Part shown: piece after piece, positions 61,341 to 64,000 of the stretch
How positions within the stretch are numbered: the first letter of the stretch is position 1
Layout of the letters: the number at the start of each line of letters is the position of its first letter
DNA from: the human T2T-CHM13v2.0 reference genome, Homo sapiens
Reading direction: 5' to 3' (one strand)
Assembly (NCBI RefSeq): GCF_009914755.1
Contig: NC_060932.1
DNA length: 64,000 nucleotides
The notes under the pieces: generated by a model
Told to the model about the DNA's origin: nothing
What the model saw: the letters and a program-made list of their open reading frames with translations, nothing else
Databases searched by the model: none
Made by a program: the position numbers and the translations under genes

Positions 61341-63771
61341 CACATTTTCTTTATCTATTCATTGGTTGATGAGCATTTGGGCTGGTTCCAGATTTTTGCA
61401 ATTACAAATTGTGTTGCTATAAACATGCATGTGCAAGTATCTTTTTTGTATAATGACTTCTTTTCCTCTGGTTAGATAGCTAGTAGTGGAATTGCTGGAT
61501 CAAGCAGTAGATTTACTTTTAGTGCTTTAAGGAATCTCCACACTGTTTTTCATAGTGGTTGTACTAGTTTACATTCCCACCAACAGTATAAAAGTGTTCC
61601 CTTTTCACGACATCCCTGCCAACATCTTTTTTTTTTTTTTTTTTACTTTTGATTATGGCCATTCTTGCTGGAGTGAGGTGGTATGGCATTGTGGTTTTGA
61701 TTTGCATTTCCCTGATAATTAGTGATGTTGAGCATTTTTCCATATGCTTGTTGGACATTTGTGTATCTTCTTTTGAGAACGGTCTATTCACATCCTTACC
61801 AACTTTTTGATGGGATTGTTTGTTTTATTCTTGTCGATTTGTTTGAGTTCTTTGTAGATTCTGTATATTAGTCCTTTGTTGGATGTATAGATCGTGAATA
61901 TTTCCTCCCACCCTGTGGGTTGTCCATTAACTCTGTTGATCATTGCTTTAGCTGTGCAGGAGCTTTTTAGTTTAATTAAGTCTCATCTATTTATCTTTGT
62001 TTTTGTTGCGTTTGCTTTTGGGGTTTTAGTCATGAAGTCTTTGCCTGGGCCAACGTCTAGAAGGGTTTTTCTCATGTTATCTTCTAGAATCTTTAAGGTT
62101 TCAGGTCTTAGATTTAAGTATTTGATCCATCTTGAGTGGACTTTTGTATAATGTGAGAGACAAGGATCCAGTTTAATTATCCTACATGTAGCTAGCCAAT
62201 TATCCCAGCATCATTTGTTGAATAGAGTGTCCTTCTCCCACTTTATTTTTGTGTTTGTTTTGTAAAGATCAGTTGATTTGAAGTATTTGGCTTTATTTCT
62301 GGGTTCTCTATTCTCTTCCATCCGTCTATGTGCCTATTTTTATACAATGTGCCTATTTTGTACAATGGTGTTTTGGTGACTATGGCCTTACAGTATACAG
62401 TTTGAAGTTGGGTAATGTGATTTGTTCTTTTTGTTTAGTCTTGCTTTGGCTATGCAGACTCTTTTTTGGTTCCATATGAATTTTAGGATTGTTTTTTCTA
62501 GTTTTATGAAGAAAGATGTTGGTATTTTGATGAGAACTGCATTCAATCTGTAGATTGCTTTTAGTTGTATGGTCATTTTCACAATGTTGACTCTTCCCAT
62601 CCATGAGCATGAGATGTGTTTCCATTTGTTTGTGTCATCTATGATTTCTCTCAGCAGTGTTTTGTAGTTTTCCTTATAGAGGTCTTTCCACCTACTTGGT
62701 AAGGTATATTCCTAAATATTGTATTTTTTTGCAATGATTGCAAAAGTAGTTGATTTCTTGATTTGATTCTCAGCATGGTCGCTGTTGGTATATAGCAGAG
62801 CTACTTATTTGCGTTTTGTATCGTGAAACTTTGCTGAATTCATTTACCAGTTCTAGGAGCTTTTTGGATGAGTCTTTAGGGTTTTCTAGGTATAAAATCA
62901 TATCATCAGCAAATAGCGACATTTTGACTTTCTCTTTACTGATTTGGATGCCCTTTCTTTCTTTCTTTTTTGATTGCTCTTGCTAGGACTTCCAGTACAA
63001 TGTTGAATAGAAGTATTAAAAGTGGGCATCCTTATCTTATTCCATTTCTCAGAGGAAATGCCTTCAACTTTTCCCCATTCAGTATAATGTTGACTGTGGG
63101 TTTGTTGTAGATGGCTTTTATTACCTTCAGGTACAATCCCTTCTATGTCAATTTTGTTGAGGGTTGTAACCATAAAGGAATGCTGGATTTTTGCAAATGC
63201 TTTTTCTGTATCTATTGAGATGAGCATGTGATTTTTGTTTTTTAATTCTGTTTATGTGATGTATCACATTTATTGACTTAGGTATGTTAAACCATCCCTG
63301 CATCCCTGATATGAAACCCACTTGATCATGGTGGATTATTTTTTTGATATGCTGTTGGATTTGGATCGTTAGTATTTTGTTGAGGATTTTAGTATCTTTG
63401 TTCATCAAGGTTATTGGTCTTTAGTTTTCTTTTTCTGTTATGTCCTTCCCTGGTTTTGATATTAGGGTGATACTGGCTTCAAAGAATGATTTAGGGAGGA
63501 TTCCCTCTTTCTCTATTTTTTAGAATACTGTCAATGGGATTCATACCAATTCCTCTTTGAATGTCTGACAGAATTCAGCTGTGAATCTGTCTGGTTCTGG
63601 ATTTTATTTTTTGTTGACAATTTTTTTATTACCATTTCAATTTCTCTACTGCTATTGGTCTATTCAGAGATTCTCTATCTCCCTGGTTTAATGAAGGAGG
63701 GTTGTTTATTTCCAGAAATGTATCCATCTCCTCTAGGTTTTCTAGTTTATGTGCATAAAAGTGTTCATAAT

Positions 63772-64000
63772 TGTTGCAGGAAGTCAGGGACCCCAAACAG
63801 AGGGGCCGGCTGAAGCCATGGCAGAAGGATATAAATTGTGAAGATTTCATGGACATTTATTAGTTCCCCAAATTAATACTTTTATAATTTCTTATGCCTG
63901 TCTTTACTGCAATCTCTGAACATAAATTGTGAAGATTTCATGGATATTTATCACTTCCCCAATCAATACTCTTATAATTTCCTATGCCTGTCTTTACTTT
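63772..64000 (+). mobile_element. MER11 LTR (HERV-K11/HML-8), 5' part, runs off the window
   Basis: Start tgttgcaggaagtcagggaccccaaac...gctgaagccatggcagaag; 91-bp tandem unit at 63831 and 63922. Confidence 0.88.

Larger units (their letters stand above)
60520..63771 (-). mobile_element. L1PB-like element (3'UTR and ORF2)
   Basis: Minus-strand ORF2p peptides ([32 protein letters not shown]); 3'UTR gcacccatcacccaagcagtgt/acactgtaccc. Confidence 0.92.

Overview
This window is primate, almost certainly human, repeat-rich non-genic DNA; the strongest species evidence is a near-consensus AluYb9. I see no intact protein-coding gene. The only gene-derived sequence is a processed pseudogene of the monocarboxylate transporter SLC16A14/MCT14 (~21.7-23.6 kb, +). 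It appears to derive from an unusual isoform: a CpG-rich 5' exon joined directly to exon 3, and a 3' end that reads through a splice donor into an intronic poly(A) site. Compensating indels keep its frame open, and it carries two head-to-head Alus. The rest is Alu, L1, L2, MIR, ERVL/MaLR and DNA-transposon sequence, including a near full-length Charlie3 hAT element with TIRs and an 8-bp TSD, a Ricksha (MULE) arm and a MER11 LTR. Structure not explained by these features: a ~200-bp diverged inverted duplication (1494-2002 / 2833-3032), a 36-bp direct repeat framing an AT-rich tract (~33 kb), and motif-dense unique segments that look like enhancers (~43.6-44.1 kb, ~25.6 kb). I found no convincing new multi-gene system. 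Repeat family calls come from recalled consensus sequences, not from a search, and boundaries of old repeats are approximate.
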